DNA of 64,000 bases from Octopus sinensis. Its lineage: Eukaryota. Shown one piece after another: positions 37,371-51,542 of this stretch. A program made the translations under genes and the position numbers. The notes beneath the pieces are model-generated. The model was not told where the DNA came from and did not search any database. It saw nothing but the letters and a program-made list of their open reading frames with translations. Each line of letters begins with the position of its first letter. The stretch's first letter is position 1. The DNA is taken from NCBI RefSeq assembly GCF_006345805.1, contig NC_043015.1, positions 37,758,001-37,822,000 of the forward strand, in the 5' to 3' direction.

Positions 37371-39026
37371 ATATATATATATATGTATGTATGTATATAT
37401 ATGCATGCTTGTATGTCTGTATGTGTCCCAGAAACCACATGAATGAACGTAAATATATACACAGATAAATAGATATAAATATATACACACACACATACAT
37501 ACATACACACACATATATATATATGTATGTATGTATGAACGTAAATATATATAAATAAATACACATACATACATACAGAGATACATACATGTATGTATGT
37601 ATGTATGCATGTATGTATGTATGTATGTATGTATGTGTGTATGTACGTATGCATATATGTGTGTGTGTGTGTGGGAGTATATATTATGTGTCTGGCAGGA
37701 TGTGCCAGTGACTGACTTTATTATTATTATACGTGAATGAATGTCTGAAGAAGCCAAAGTGAGTGAGTGTCGAGGCTGAAAGGATACCAAACTAGGGAGC
37801 CCGGCTCTGTATTACACACGTGGTTGCTAAACCAAACCAATTTACATTTCACCACCAAATACTATTTAATAATAATCTTGTAAACAATTCCACAATAACA
37901 CACCATTATTATATATATACATTTATATTTATATATAGATACATTTGTACATGTTTGTAGAGACAGATCGCCACCCAGACACACATGCACGCATACATTT
38001 ATATCTATATCTTCCCATATATATACACACATAGACAAAAACAGTTCAAACCCTCTCTGAAGAAAAAGCCTGAAAGCAAATCCGTCAAATTCTAAAAACC
38101 ATTTCAAGCGAAAACGAAGAAATCCAAAAACAAGTCCTAAAAAGGTGAGGGTTATATTAAAAAAAATATATATAATAATAATAATAACCATATGAATGTA
38201 TGTATATATGTGTGTGTATATTTATACATACATGTAGTTATGCTTAATAACACAAGCCTATATATATAATATGCTTATATAAATATACGTATGTATATAT
38301 ATATATATATATAAATAAATATATATATGTATATATATCATATGAGGGTGATCCTACATGCATAACGGGTATGTAAGCATGAGTATATTAACATGAATAG
38401 ATGTATATATATATGTGTGTGTGTGTATGTTTATACATACATATAGCAATGCTTAATAACTCAAGCGTATATATAATATGCTTATATAAATATATGTGTG
38501 TATATATCTATATATATGTATATATATATCTCATATGACGGTGATCCTACATGCATAACGGGTATGTAAGCATGTGTATATTAACATGAATAGATGTATA
38601 TATTTATATGTGTGTGTATATATATGTATAGGTATATATATAGATGGATACACATGTGTATATAGACATGCATAAATACACACACATTATTCATGTACAT
38701 ATAATGTATGTATATTTAACGGATTTATGTTACAAGTTGTGTCATAAGGTCTCCCATTGGAAGGGCACTTCCCCTCTCACCGCCGTCGCATTTTATTCCA
38801 CCCCCTCTTTCATATACACCAAGTGGAAATCACACTAAAAACACACATACATGCATGTATACATCTATATATTTTATAAATATATAACTACTTCCTTATT
38901 TTTTTTCATTCTCTTTTGACAGAAGTATATCAATCGTTTTAATTGATATTTTTTCATTTCTTTATGTTACATATATGAATATATGCACACATATATATAT
39001 ATATAATATTAAGTATGTTATAAACC

Positions 39027-39092
<66 letters not shown>

Positions 39093-39401
39093 TACGTAGA
39101 ATACAATTACGAGTGGAACTCGCTCATAAACAAGTCTATATCAGTGATTTTCGAACCATTTTTTTTTTGCCTTCTATCTATTTTAGATTACTGGTTCCTC
39201 ATGTTTAAAAGAATCTTATATTTTCATGATTAAATATTAAGAATTGTAAGAAAAAACAATTGTTAATATATTCTTTGTATTGGCGAAGTCTAACCAGTTT
39301 ATTACTCATAAACTTTAACAACAAAATCTTACATGGAACTCCAGATGTTATACGGACCCGGGTTATAAGAATCACTCGTTTTTACTTATCTACCTAATGT
39401 G

Positions 39402-39471
<70 letters not shown>

Positions 39472-41300
39472 CATACATCATGCATGCATATGTACATGCA
39501 TACACGCATGCATAGAATTGCACTGTTAGTTCTTGCTAATTAATTAACGCTTAATTGTAATTATTAAAGTAGGAGTTTTAAAGAAAACATGGAGACCGGT
39601 TCTCTTTCTCTCATCCACTTTTCCGTTTGTCTTTTTATTTTTGTTGTGAATTTCTTTTCTATCGTTCTCTCTTCACTTTGAGAAGAGATGGAAAAGAGAA
39701 TCAAGTCTTCTGTTATCTAATTGTGTATAATATACAATAGATAGATAGAGATAGATAGATAGATAGATAGACAGAGAGAGAGATATAGAGAGATGGATGG
39801 AGAGATAGATAGATAGATCCTGTCTAGATTTATTTATTTAAATGATCGGTGATAATTTAAACTACAGGAAACGTTCATGAATGTTGAATGGTTGCAGCCC
39901 CGACACAGCTGTATCCAACACTATTTTCATTTCATTGTTATCTCACACATAATTAACCGTAAACGAGGTAGTCTCCGAATGCCTCTGAAAGAAATAATGC
40001 AATATTAACTAATTCTAAAACATCATTAATTATAAAACAAACTGAGGAAGGGTGCGGTTGAGATACATCTTCTGTATTATAAACAGTTGCAGGTGTATAT
40101 TAATTATGTAATAACTCATTAAGTCTCAGTCGAAAATCAGGACTTGGGTGGAAATATATTTATGCGGTCTTACTGTGAAATGTGACAGGGTCTATCCCTC
40201 TTAATATAAAGTAATTGCCTATGTGTGTGTGTCTTATATCTCTACAGTATATTAAATTGACTTAGTGGTTTGTCCTAGAAATATACACATACAATAATTT
40301 GTCCTAGAAATATACACCACACACACATGCGTGCAGACAACCGCAGATATACATATATATATATTATATATATATATATTCGTACATACACATATATATA
40401 TATATATACATATATGTATGTATGTGTGTGTGTGTGTATGTGCTAAGAGAAAGAGAGCGTGACAGACAGGCAGACAGACATCCACTCTGTGATTACTTAT
40501 TGTTACATATACTTCCTGGTTTCAAAGTCGTTTTCTGTATGACACCATACTATACAACACACATACACACACACATGCACATGTATATATATACACATAC
40601 ACACTTGTATTCTTCCCCAATAACATTTATTCTTTCTGATATGTAATAGAAGCAGATGTCAGTCTGTCTAACTCCATGTTATGTCTACACACACACACAC
40701 ACACACATGCATGCATGCATATATATGTAAACGTGTAGACAGACAGATACATACATACCATACACACACACATACATACATACATACATACACACAGACA
40801 TACATACATACATCATACATACATACATACATACATACATCATACATACATACATACATACATAGACAGATAGATAGACAGACAGACAGATATACATAGA
40901 TTTTCAAATATAGTTGGCACAGTTTTTTTTATCATCTATATTATTTATATTTGCTAACATCTGTTTAAATAAATCATTATCCGACCCTCATCATGATGAT
41001 GATGATGATGATTGTGGTGTCGGTGGTGACGGAGGCTAGTAGTTCTTTAGTATACCAACAGGGAAAAACTAATTTATTAGAAGACAGCGAGTGGGGGGGG
41101 GGGGCGAGTGTGTGCTCTAGTCTAATAATAATAGTAATCTAATAGTTAAAGTTAGAGGTTATTGTGGTATTTTCATTTAATAATCTGAGATTATCTTCAT
41201 ATTTGCTTTCTGTTGTTTTTATATAAACTTGAAATATCTTTCGCGACAAAAATTTAATAATTATACATATGTGTGTATATATGTATGTGTCTATATACGC

Positions 41301-41339
<39 letters not shown>

Positions 41340-41340
41340 C

Positions 41341-41390
<50 letters not shown>

Positions 41391-41450
41391 TATATATATA
41401 TCTATATATATATATATATATATACGTACATATATATATATTATATATAT

Positions 41451-41495
<45 letters not shown>

Positions 41496-42379
41496 GTGTG
41501 TGTACGTATATATATATATATATTTGTATTTTGTTTCTATGTGTACCCCAGCATGGTTACAGTTGTATAGCAGAAGTCGTAAGAAGGTAACATATACGTG
41601 TGTGTATATATATATGTATGTATGTATGTATATGTATATATACGCGCGTGCGTCTGCTTCCTTTGTAAAATATTTTTTATCAGGTTTTGATATAAAAAAA
41701 TTATTTCTTAATAATTTTGTTCCCCTCCCCATCGTTCAAAGAAACTATTGAACTAGGTCAGTGGCTTTTCCTGGCTCTCTTCTCTCGTTCTTTCAACGTA
41801 ATTCTCATGTGAGAAGGGAAATAGGAAAAAGAGAATTAGTGAAACTCGCACCGGTTTAGCTGGAAGAATATTGAGGGGAGGCAGGAAAAACAGATCGCTC
41901 TGACTTGCTGTTATGGCAGTTTTAATTGACGGATGCCCAAACATGTAATAAAATAATCTCGTTTTCTCTGCGCTGCCCGTATATCTTTGGGTGTCGCCAG
42001 CACCTTTATCTATGTGTCTGCTGTTTGCTGTTAACGTTTCTTCTCTCTTCATTGCTTTCAGTAAGTTTGTGTGTATGTATGGGGGGAGGTGTCTTTTATC
42101 TTTTAGTTGTTTCCGTCATTAGACTGCGGCCATGCTGGAGCACTGCCTTGAAGAATCGACTCCCCCCCAGTACTATTTCTTCAAGTGTGGTACTTTTTCT
42201 AACGGCTTTTTTTTTTTTTGCCGAGCCGCTATGTTACGGTGACGTAAACCCACCAACAGCGGTTGTCAAGTGGTGGTGATGACGGTGGTGGAAGAGACAA
42301 ACACAGACACGTACATCATCATCATCATCATCACTTAACGTGCGTTTTCCATCACACACACACTTATGTATTTATCTCT

Positions 42380-42581
42380 CTCTCTTTTACTTGTTTCAGT
42401 CATTTGACTGCGGCCATGCTGGAGCACCGCCTTTAGTCGAGCAAATCGACCCCAGGACTTATTCTTTGTAAGCCCAGTACTTATTCTATCGGTCTCTTTT
42501 GCCGAACCGCTAAGTGACGGGGACGTAAACACACCAGCATCGGTTGTCAATGCTAGGGGGACAAACACAGACACACAAACG

Positions 42582-42613
<32 letters not shown>

Positions 42614-42740
42614 CGACAAGCATTGGTCGGCCTGGGGCTATAGCAGAAGACACTTGCCCAAGACGCCATGCAGTGGGACTGAACCCGGAACCATGTGGTT
42701 GGTAAGCAAGCTACTTACCACACAGCCACTCCTGCGCCTC
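42380..42740 (-). mobile_element. young SINE family A copy with internal deletion
   Basis: Near-identical to 50235-50645 but lacks the GGCTTCTTTCAGTTTCCGTCTACCAAATCCACTCAC segment. Another 3' half lies at 42100-42280. Confidence 0.85.
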
Positions 42741-44153
42741 ATCATCATCATCATCATTGATTCTTATGAGTTTATTGGGGCAGAATTTCTGTGGCTGAAT
42801 GCCTTTCCTGTTGGTAACCATCACCCGTTTCCAAGGTGTTTTATATATATATATATGTATGTTGTGTTTAAGTGATTGTATTTCCTTGTCTTGACATGGC
42901 ATGACAATTATAAATGAATTTCCAATCTGTGATAAGAAGTCTGGCCATGGGGGAAATATTACCTTACTTGGAAACAGTTGAGGGTTGGTGACAGGGAGAG
43001 CGTCTAGTCATAGAATATCTGTTTCAGCAATCTCCATCAGAGCCATGCCAGCATGGAAAAGTGGACGTTAAAACGATGATGATGTATGTTCTCTTCTGTT
43101 TGTTATTAATGAAATTCTTCCTGTGAGAAAGGAGCTGGTTTCTAACAAAGATACGAAGCTCCATCATCATTGGGATGTCGATAACAAAAACAATATCAAA
43201 TTTTAAACTTTTAAAAAGTCTTGTATATGTTTACTGTTCCGCTGACAAATTGTATTTCTAATGTGATAATGTTGGTCGGCTGATTTCTTTTTCTGAAAAT
43301 CCAAGCTTATCCAGACTGAAAGAAATTAAGCATTTACTCACAGAACCAAGTGCACCAGTGTGTATGCATGCGAATATGTGTGGCCCAGTGGTTAAAGCTC
43401 ACAGTCATAGGGTCATGGGTTTGATTCTAGGGCTGGGAAGCAGGGTTTTTTTCCTTGAGCAAGACACTTCATTTCACAGTACTCCAGTTTACTCAACTGA
43501 TTGAGAACCAATTGAATTCTAGTGCAGCCCTGTCACTTCCTGAACGCTGCACTGGGTCGATGGTCGCAGGTGCAAGATAGTATCTATGTCTACTCACAAC
43601 TACCAAGACAGCTCAATTATACTCACTTAATGTGACAGCTGTGATTACATGTGTGTGTGTGTATATATATATAATTGGAACAAAGAGGCAGTAGAGGACT
43701 ATAAAGCATCCAGACAGACAGACGATACGAAGGCAGACAGGAGAAACAACAATTAGAAGGAAAGGGAAAAAAAGACAGGTCATTCGTAGCCTTCTTTCCT
43801 CAGTCAAGTTACCAGAAGTCCTTACTGTTTTGGGCAGTGTGTGTGTATACATATGCTTATTTTTACATCATTGCCATTATCATTTTACATCTACATTACA
43901 TGTTAGCATAGGTTAGATGAGTCATTATTTCTTATTAAGAGCCAATACTCCTACAGATTGGTGCTCATAGGTGTCATTTTAGTTCAGTTTCTATGGTTGG
44001 ATGCTCTTCATGTCACCAACCACTTTACAGAATATACTGAGTGTATATTCTCAAGGCATGTTTACTACTCCTTGATGAATCACAACTAAAAGGGCCTCAC
44101 ATACACTTATAGATAGATATATGTATCAAATGAAATAAAAAAACAGAACACAA

Positions 44154-44250
44154 AGGATGTCGCGGTACACATGTTTCAAGCTTTCGATTATACATTGATG
44201 TAAGAATATGTTGTTTTATAAAGCTCGAAACATATGTACCGCGACATCCT
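44154..44250. repeat. 31-bp inverted repeat (2 mismatches, 35-nt spacer)
   Basis: AGGATGTCGCGGTACACATGTTTCAAGCTTT (44154-44184) versus AAAGCTCGAAACATATGTACCGCGACATCCT (44220-44250). Confidence 0.9.
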
Positions 44251-46000
44251 CTGGTACTAGCTGGCATATACAGGTGCTTGCATTTATCAAGTATTCACCC
44301 TGAATTTATTGTACCTACCTTATAGATAGATGCATGCATACATACATACATACATACATACATACATAGATGCATACATACATACATACATAGTTAGATA
44401 GATAGATGCATACATACATACATACATGGACAGATATTATTAGATGGATAAGATAGATAGGTGGATAGATCAATAGACAGATAGGTGGGTAGACATAGAG
44501 AAGCAGACTGATAGATACGTATGTAGATATGCTAAAATGGTGAAAGTACCCAGCAATTTAAGATTACCACTTTCATAGTCAATGAGGTAGTGCAGGAACA
44601 TGACATTTTCTGTGGCATGCGGCAGGTTCATCTGCAAATGGTAAAAAGGCAGAAGAGAAGTTCTAGAACGAAGCAATTACAGAGTCATCAAATTGCGTTG
44701 GATTATAAAAGTGACAAAAACAATTATAGAATAACTAATTAAGGAAAATAATTAGCTATGATGGAATACATTTCATGTTTGTACCAGAAACAGTACCACA
44801 GATGATGCCTTCTTCCTTGTTAGATACACAAGTAGTTATGTTAATTTTCTAAGAACATCATTGTCATCGTTTAATGTCCGCTTTCCATGCTAGCATGGGT
44901 TGGACGATTTGACTGAGGGCTGGTGAACCAGATGGCTGCACCAGGCTCCAATCTTGGTACGGCCATCTGGTTTGCCAGCCCTCAAGTCAAATTGTCCAAC
45001 CCAAACTGACAAAATGCCTTACATTTGTCAGGTTGGAAGCAAGGCATTCGGAGTATAGTAGATGCCTGATGCTTGGTTGCACATCTCTGAACAGTTTCCA
45101 GGAGCAAGATAGGGGTTCCAGACTGGTGATGCAAATTCCAAGTGTGACTGCACAACAGCCATATATTGCCTTATATATTATATATTATGATTATAGTGAC
45201 TATAAAATCATTAGAAATTGTCAGGAAGATGCGAGTTAGCAGTAAGTTCTGCAAAGAATTTAACGTGTTAGACATCCATGTGTGATGCTGTATGGTTGTG
45301 AAACATGAACGCTAAATGTAGAGACTGAAAAGCAATGAGTCAAATATCTTTCTTTGGATGTGTGCTGCCAGCTTGCTTGAATAACACCTCAGCCCACCCT
45401 GTAGGAAATTTTGGGGTATTAAAGGTATCAGCCATTGTGTACAAGAAACCAAGACAGCAGTTCTGGCAGCTCTCTGAACTCTTTCACACCATTTAACTCT
45501 TTTGTGACCATATATCAAATGGAAATTGTAGTTGTGATACCTGTGCTAGTGGCATGTAAAAAGCACCCACTACACTCTCAGATTGGTTGGCATTAGGAAG
45601 GGCATCAAGCTGTAGAATCACTGCCAGATCAGACTGGAGCCTGGTGCAGCCTCCTGGCTTCCCAGATCCCCGGTCGAACCCTCCAACCCATGCTAGCATG
45701 GAAAATGGATGTTAAACGATGATGATTTCTGTTAAATTACACTATGTTTGTTTCAATTAACTTTAAAGATAATGAAAAATTTATCAAAATAACTTTGCCC
45801 TTCCTATGCTGGTGTTTGGAATTTACTGAATATGAAATTTTGGTGGCAGACACATGATGTGGGGTTGTTTTTTCTCTGAAGAATATTTCAGAAGACTAGA
45901 AACTGGCCAGATTGATTTCATGTCTCCTACCCACAGAAAGATAAAACCTGCAGAGAACCACGTTGTTTAGTCTTCATAATGAGGTGAAGAATTATAGGGT

Positions 46001-46029
<29 letters not shown>

Positions 46030-46037
<8 letters not shown>

Positions 46038-46700
46038 AATTATTGTGTATAGTGCTCAGGTGCAATAGAACTTATCAAAGGTGCATGTAGAGTACATAGA
46101 ATTATGTACAAAAGTCAGGAAAGGGAACAGTGTGTGAGTCATGATATACATGTGTGCGTTTGTATGGAGTGTGTGGGGGGGAGATCTCAGGCATAGTGTT
46201 GGCAAGTTTCAGAAAGCATGGAGGTTTTAAAAGATGTAATGTCTCGGCTACTAACAACTGATGCAGGTAGTTTGTTCCATGCCTCAGCAACTCTGAGTGT
46301 AAAAAAATGTTTCTGAAAATGATGGGAGCTGTGCTGTTTTCTGACTTTGTAGGCATGCCCACATGTGTTAGACACATGGAGCTCAAAAAGTGCTCAAGGC
46401 AGTTGTTGGCATGATGGTTAATAATTTTGTGGGTGTTTGGCAAGTCAGATGTCAGAGCTTCAATGTATCCATGTCCAGGGAAGTAAGGTGTCCAGAGTAT
46501 GGTAGATGCCTGATGGAGGGTATTCGATAGGTTGTACATCTCTGAACAGTTTCCAGGAGGTCAGTGTTCTGAGTAAGACAGGTGTTCCAGACTGGTGATG
46601 CAAATTCCAAGTGTGGCTGCACCATAGCCATATATAGCCTTATATATTATATATTGGGATTATAGTGACTATAAAATCATTAGAAATTATATTTGGTCAT
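46030..46700 (-). mobile_element. CR1-clade LINE 3' end with (TTA)n tail; duplicate fragment at 45040-45220
   Basis: ORF 46187-46375 reads NTCGHAYKVRKQHSSHHFQKHFFTLRVAEAWNKLPASVVSSRDITSFK, the CR1 C-terminal motif TRGH...FFSxRVxxxWNxLP...FK. Confidence 0.85.
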
Positions 46701-47124
46701 CTAATTTGTATAACAGGGCATGGAGATGGTTAATTAATTCATTGTGTTCCACATGATATCTTTTAATAATTTTAAATGTAATGGAAGTTTATAAATAGCA
46801 TTGATTGGTCCTGAGAAGGCCTTTGCAGGGTACCACATCCTGTAGTCTGGTATTTATCATCTACATCCAGTCACTAAGAAAACCAGGCGTAGATGAATGA
46901 AAGACTTGTGAGAGCCATACCGCCTTACCAGTCATACCAGTCATACACTGTCAGTGAAGTGGGAGTAGCAGTGAATTCAGCAAGAGCAGCCTTCTGGCTT
47001 GCTAGCCCTCAGTCAAATTATTGTTTTTTGCAGGGAAATTTTCTCCGCAAGTAAAAAGGGCAGATTACATGGTGCTTGTGTAGAAAGTGCAATGTCAGAG
47101 AGTCTAGTAAGATGAGCATTGAAT

Positions 47125-47475
47125 GTGTGCAGAGGCATGGCTGTGTGGTAAGATGTTTGCTTCTCAACGACATGGTCCTGAGTTCAGTCCCACTGCATGG
47201 CACTTAGGATAAATATTTTCTTTTATAGCCTTGAGCTAACCAAAGCCTTGTGACAGAAACTGAAAGAAGCCTGTCGTGTGTGTGTGTGTACAGATCTATG
47301 CGTTTGTTCCCCACCACTGCTTGACAACCAGTGTTGGTGTGTTTACATCCCCATGACTTAGCAGTTTGCCAAAAGAGGATTGAATAAGTACTGGAGTCAG
47401 TTTGTTTGACTAAAAGTTCTTCAAGGCAGTGCCCCAGCATGACCGCAGTCTAATGACTGAAACCAGTAAAAGGCA
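47125..47475 (+). mobile_element. SINE family A copy (older); further partial copies at 47835-47985, 48220-48400 and 48660-48835(-)
   Basis: GGCATGGCTGTGTGGTAAG head to AATGACTGAAACCAGTAAAAG end. Confidence 0.8.
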
Positions 47476-47559
47476 GAAAGCAGCGGAAGAGTGGAGGCTG
47501 GAAAGAGATGAAGCAAGTACGCTTCCTTCCATGGATGTGGATTGTTGGTGGCCATGAAT

Positions 47560-47800
47560 GACAGGGCAGAAACGAACCGAAAGAAAACCTGGGTACAAGA
47601 GCCACAGGGTGCAGCGTGCAAGGGGTGGGTGGATAACTGTGGATAGTATTGACGGGTGATACGGATGGAGGGTGGCTGCTGAGTGCAGGTGTCCCAAACA
47701 ATTCAAGAGGGAAGATTTGTTGTGTTGTGGAATGAAGCACTGGAGGCTGATCTCAAGTGAGTGACCCTCACAGAATAAAACGGCAAAGGCGCTACGAAGC
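47560..47800 (+). mobile_element. possible RTE LINE C-terminal fragment
   Basis: RGRFVVLWNEALEADLK resembles the RTE pattern RGRPRKTWxEVVxxDLK. Confidence 0.35.
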
Positions 47801-47986
47801 AATCTTTCGTCTCTGCAACTGGAAAAACTTCAGGCATGGCTTTGTGCTAAGAAACTTGTTTCTCAGCCACATGGTTCCAGTTCCAGGTTCAGTCCTACTG
47901 TGTGGCACTTTAAGCAAGATTCTTCTACCCTAACCTCAGGCTGACCAAAAACTTGAGAAACAGAAACTGGAAAGAAGCCCATTATG

Positions 47987-48019
<33 letters not shown>

Positions 48020-48834
48020 TATATATATAATATATATATATATACATACACATATATATATACACATATATATATACCCACACACATACACACACTGTCT
48101 GTGTCTGATTAGTATTTGCGAAGGGAAATCATTGTTCCCATCTCTAGCCTTACATGATACACACAGACCCAGGTTATCTATATGTATGTGTCTTTGTGTC
48201 TGTGTTTGTGCCTCCATCTCTGCTTGACAACCAGTGTTGGTGTGTTTACATCCCTTTAACTTAGCAGTTCAGCAAAAGAGACTGATAGAATAGTACAAGG
48301 TTTACACAAGAAAAGGCACTGGGGTCAGTTCATTTGACTAAAACCCTTGAAGGTGGTGCCCTAGCATGGCCAAACTCTAATGACCGAAACAAGTAAAAGC
48401 TTTAAAGGTAAACTCACTCAGGTATGTCAAAGTGAATATAGAATGGTGATGATGATGATGGTGGTGGTGGTGGTGGTGGTGGTGTACAATTCGTGCCAAA
48501 TTCTTAAAACTGTTTTAACTCCTGTAGATCTTTGACGAGTTTATTTTAGTTGTTGTTATTGTTTGTCTTGTTTTTTTTTTCTCCAACCTGTGAGGGAACA
48601 GAAATTAGTCTGCAATTTTATCAGAGGAATAAAGGGAACCAGAACCTCTTGTTACAACATGTGTGTTTATATGATAGGTTTCCACACAGTTTCCATCTGC
48701 CAAATTCAGTCACAAGGCATTGGATGGCCTGGAGCTATAGCAGAGGACATTTGAGCTAAGTGGCACACTGTGGGAATGAGCCTGAAGCCACACTGTTGCA
48801 CAGTGAGCTTCTTAACCACTGAGCCATTCCTACA

Positions 48835-48892
<58 letters not shown>

Positions 48893-49119
48893 GCAATAAA
48901 GAAATAAGTGATATAGGTATCCACTTGGTACATCTCAACCAATTAGCACCCTGGTAGAGCTTCAGGAATATAAAATTAAGGAGGAGAGAAGACAAATTTA
49001 TATCTCATATAGATGAATGCATCTATGTATGCACTTTGTATGCCATGGAGAATTTCGTTAATATGGATTGAATGAATATATACATTGACCTTTGAATTTG
49101 TCTTCTCTCTCTCTCTCTC

Positions 49120-49175
<56 letters not shown>

Positions 49176-49647
49176 TGTTGTGTCTGGGGAGAGTCATTTT
49201 CTTTTTGTGCCTTATAATTTAACACACTCACCAGTAAAATTTCCACTTATTTCTTATTTATATGCTTCAACACACGAACTCACATAAAGAATCTTGCAAA
49301 CCAAATCCAAAAACGAAATATATATTTATGGTTCTCTCTCTCTCCTACACACACACATATATGTATGGGTCTATGCAAAAAATGTGCTTTAAAAACACTA
49401 TATATAAAAAATAAGGCACATTTACAAACAAATTACCTCAAAGGACATTTTTATATTTGTTCAGATAAGTATTCACTTTGTCAGCTGCTGTTGAACTAAA
49501 CACAAATGACCATTTGGTCACACATTAAAGACAGTTATGATTTCTTTGATAGAAAAGTGACCACTTTCTTCCTTTGTTCAGTCACTCATGACATAAGCAA
49601 CTGCTATTTATTGTGCTGTTAAACAAATAACTGCCTTCAGTTTAGCA

Positions 49648-49685
49648 GCACCTGAAGAGGTAAATAGTAACCGAAACATGTGGAT
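49648..49685 (+). ncRNA. minimal hammerhead-ribozyme-like motif (canonical core, G at cleavage position)
   Basis: CAC-CTGAAGA-GGT-AAATAGTA-ACC-GAAA-CATGT-GG. CUGANGA, stem II GGT/ACC, GAAA and palindromic ACATGT are present, but G follows U16.1. Confidence 0.5.
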
Positions 49686-50234
49686 ACACAGTACTACAAC
49701 TTGCATGAGATATTCCACATTTTCTTGTACGGTGTATTTGTAGCTTGTAATGTCAGCACTTTTTACTTGTTGAGTTATTGTGTACTCCTAACGATAAAAT
49801 ATCTCAGATGAATTAAAATTGATCTGTTAAAATTGATCTGTTGAAGTAGTGGAATAAAAACAAAGTCCCTTTCTGGAAAAAGAAGTTTAAGGTTGGTGAC
49901 AGGAAGAGCATCCACCTGTAAGGTCCTGCTTCATACACCCCCCATGCATCCATGGAAAAATGGACGGTAATTGAAGAGAGGCTGCTGATATTAAAAAGTA
50001 AAGTGTTAACACTAACAATATGCAAATTTCTTGCTACAGTAATTGTTGGCCGTTTGTTTCTCTGGGGTTTGGTAAATTGATGGAGTTGCCCCTGATGAGA
50101 AGCCAATAAGGTTTGAAAATTAATGAAGACTTCATCATTTTTCTTTTTAATCTACAGAGAAACACCTAAGGTGTGTGTGTGTATATATATATATATAGAT
50201 AGATATAGATATAGATATTACTCTTTTTTTTTTC

Positions 50235-50645
50235 TCTTTTTACTCTTTTTACTTGTTTCAGTCATTTGACTGCGGCCATGCTGGAGCACCGCCTTTAGTC
50301 GAGCAAATTGACCCCGGGACTTATTCTTTGTAAGCCCAGTACTTATTCTATCGGTCTTTTTTGCCGAACCGCTAAGTAACGGGGACGTAAACACACCAGC
50401 ATCGGTTGTCAAGCAATGCTAGGGGAACAAACACAGACAAACAAACATATTCACACACACTTATATATATATACATATATACGACAGGCTTCTTTCAGTT
50501 TCCGTCTACCAAATCCACTCACAAGGCATTGGTCGGCCCGGGGCTATAGCAGAAGACACTTGCCCAAGATGCCACGCAGTGGGACTGAACCCGGAACCAT
50601 GTGGTTGGTTAGCAAGCTACTTACCAAACAGCCACTCCTGCGCCT
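50235..50645 (-). mobile_element. young full-length SINE family A copy
   Basis: Complete reverse complement of the family A structure. Highly similar to 23167-23580 and 42380-42740. Confidence 0.9.
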
Positions 50646-50691
50646 ATATATATATGATAAATTTTTATTAGTTAATTTGTGAATGTGGAGG

Positions 50692-50940
50692 CTCATGGCT
50701 TAGTGGTTAGGGTGTCAGCATCATGATCGTTAAATTGTGGTTTCGATTCCAGGACCGGGCAACGCATTGTGTTCTTGAGCAAGACACTTCATTTCACGTT
50801 GCTCCAGTCCACTCAGCTGACAAAAATGAGTAACGCTGCGATGGACTAGCGTCCCGTCCAGCTGGGGAATACATACGCCATAGAAACCGGGAAACTGGGC
50901 CCACGGGCCTGGTTAGGCTTTAAAAAAGCACATTTATTAT
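50692..50940 (+). mobile_element. SINE family H copy
   Basis: Homologous to 7077-7320. A box TGGCTTAGTGG, B box GGTTTCGATTCC. Confidence 0.85.
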
Positions 50941-51321
50941 TATTCTTAATTTGTTAACGATTACAAAAAGTTATTTATTTCCGTTTGCTTACACGGGTGT
51001 GTGTGTGTGTGTGTGTATATATATTACTGAGGACTCTCTGAAGTTCTTGGTGAAGGAGAGATGGTCATGGTGGTGGTGGTATTCTTTTAAAGGCAGGCTA
51101 GCATTACAGATATAGTAACTGTTTCATATTCTTTAGAATTCCCTCTTGATTTCTAACCTTTCCATTGGCCTGGCTGTGTAGTTAAGAAATTTTACTGTAT
51201 AACTCCTACAGTTCCAAGTTCAATCCCACTGCACAGCAATTTGCTTAACTTGTCTTCTGGAGTGAAGTTGATAGAAACTCTTCAGAAGTTTGGTGTGTTA
51301 ATGTATGTGTGTGTATATATA

Positions 51322-51414
<93 letters not shown>

Positions 51415-51542
51415 TATATATATATATATATATCATATATATATATATATAATAATAAATATTAGGGAATATATCCAAATTTACAGGGAAAAAAAATCAA
51501 TTTAGGATTAAATCCAATTTTATAGTAAAATATTATAAATAT

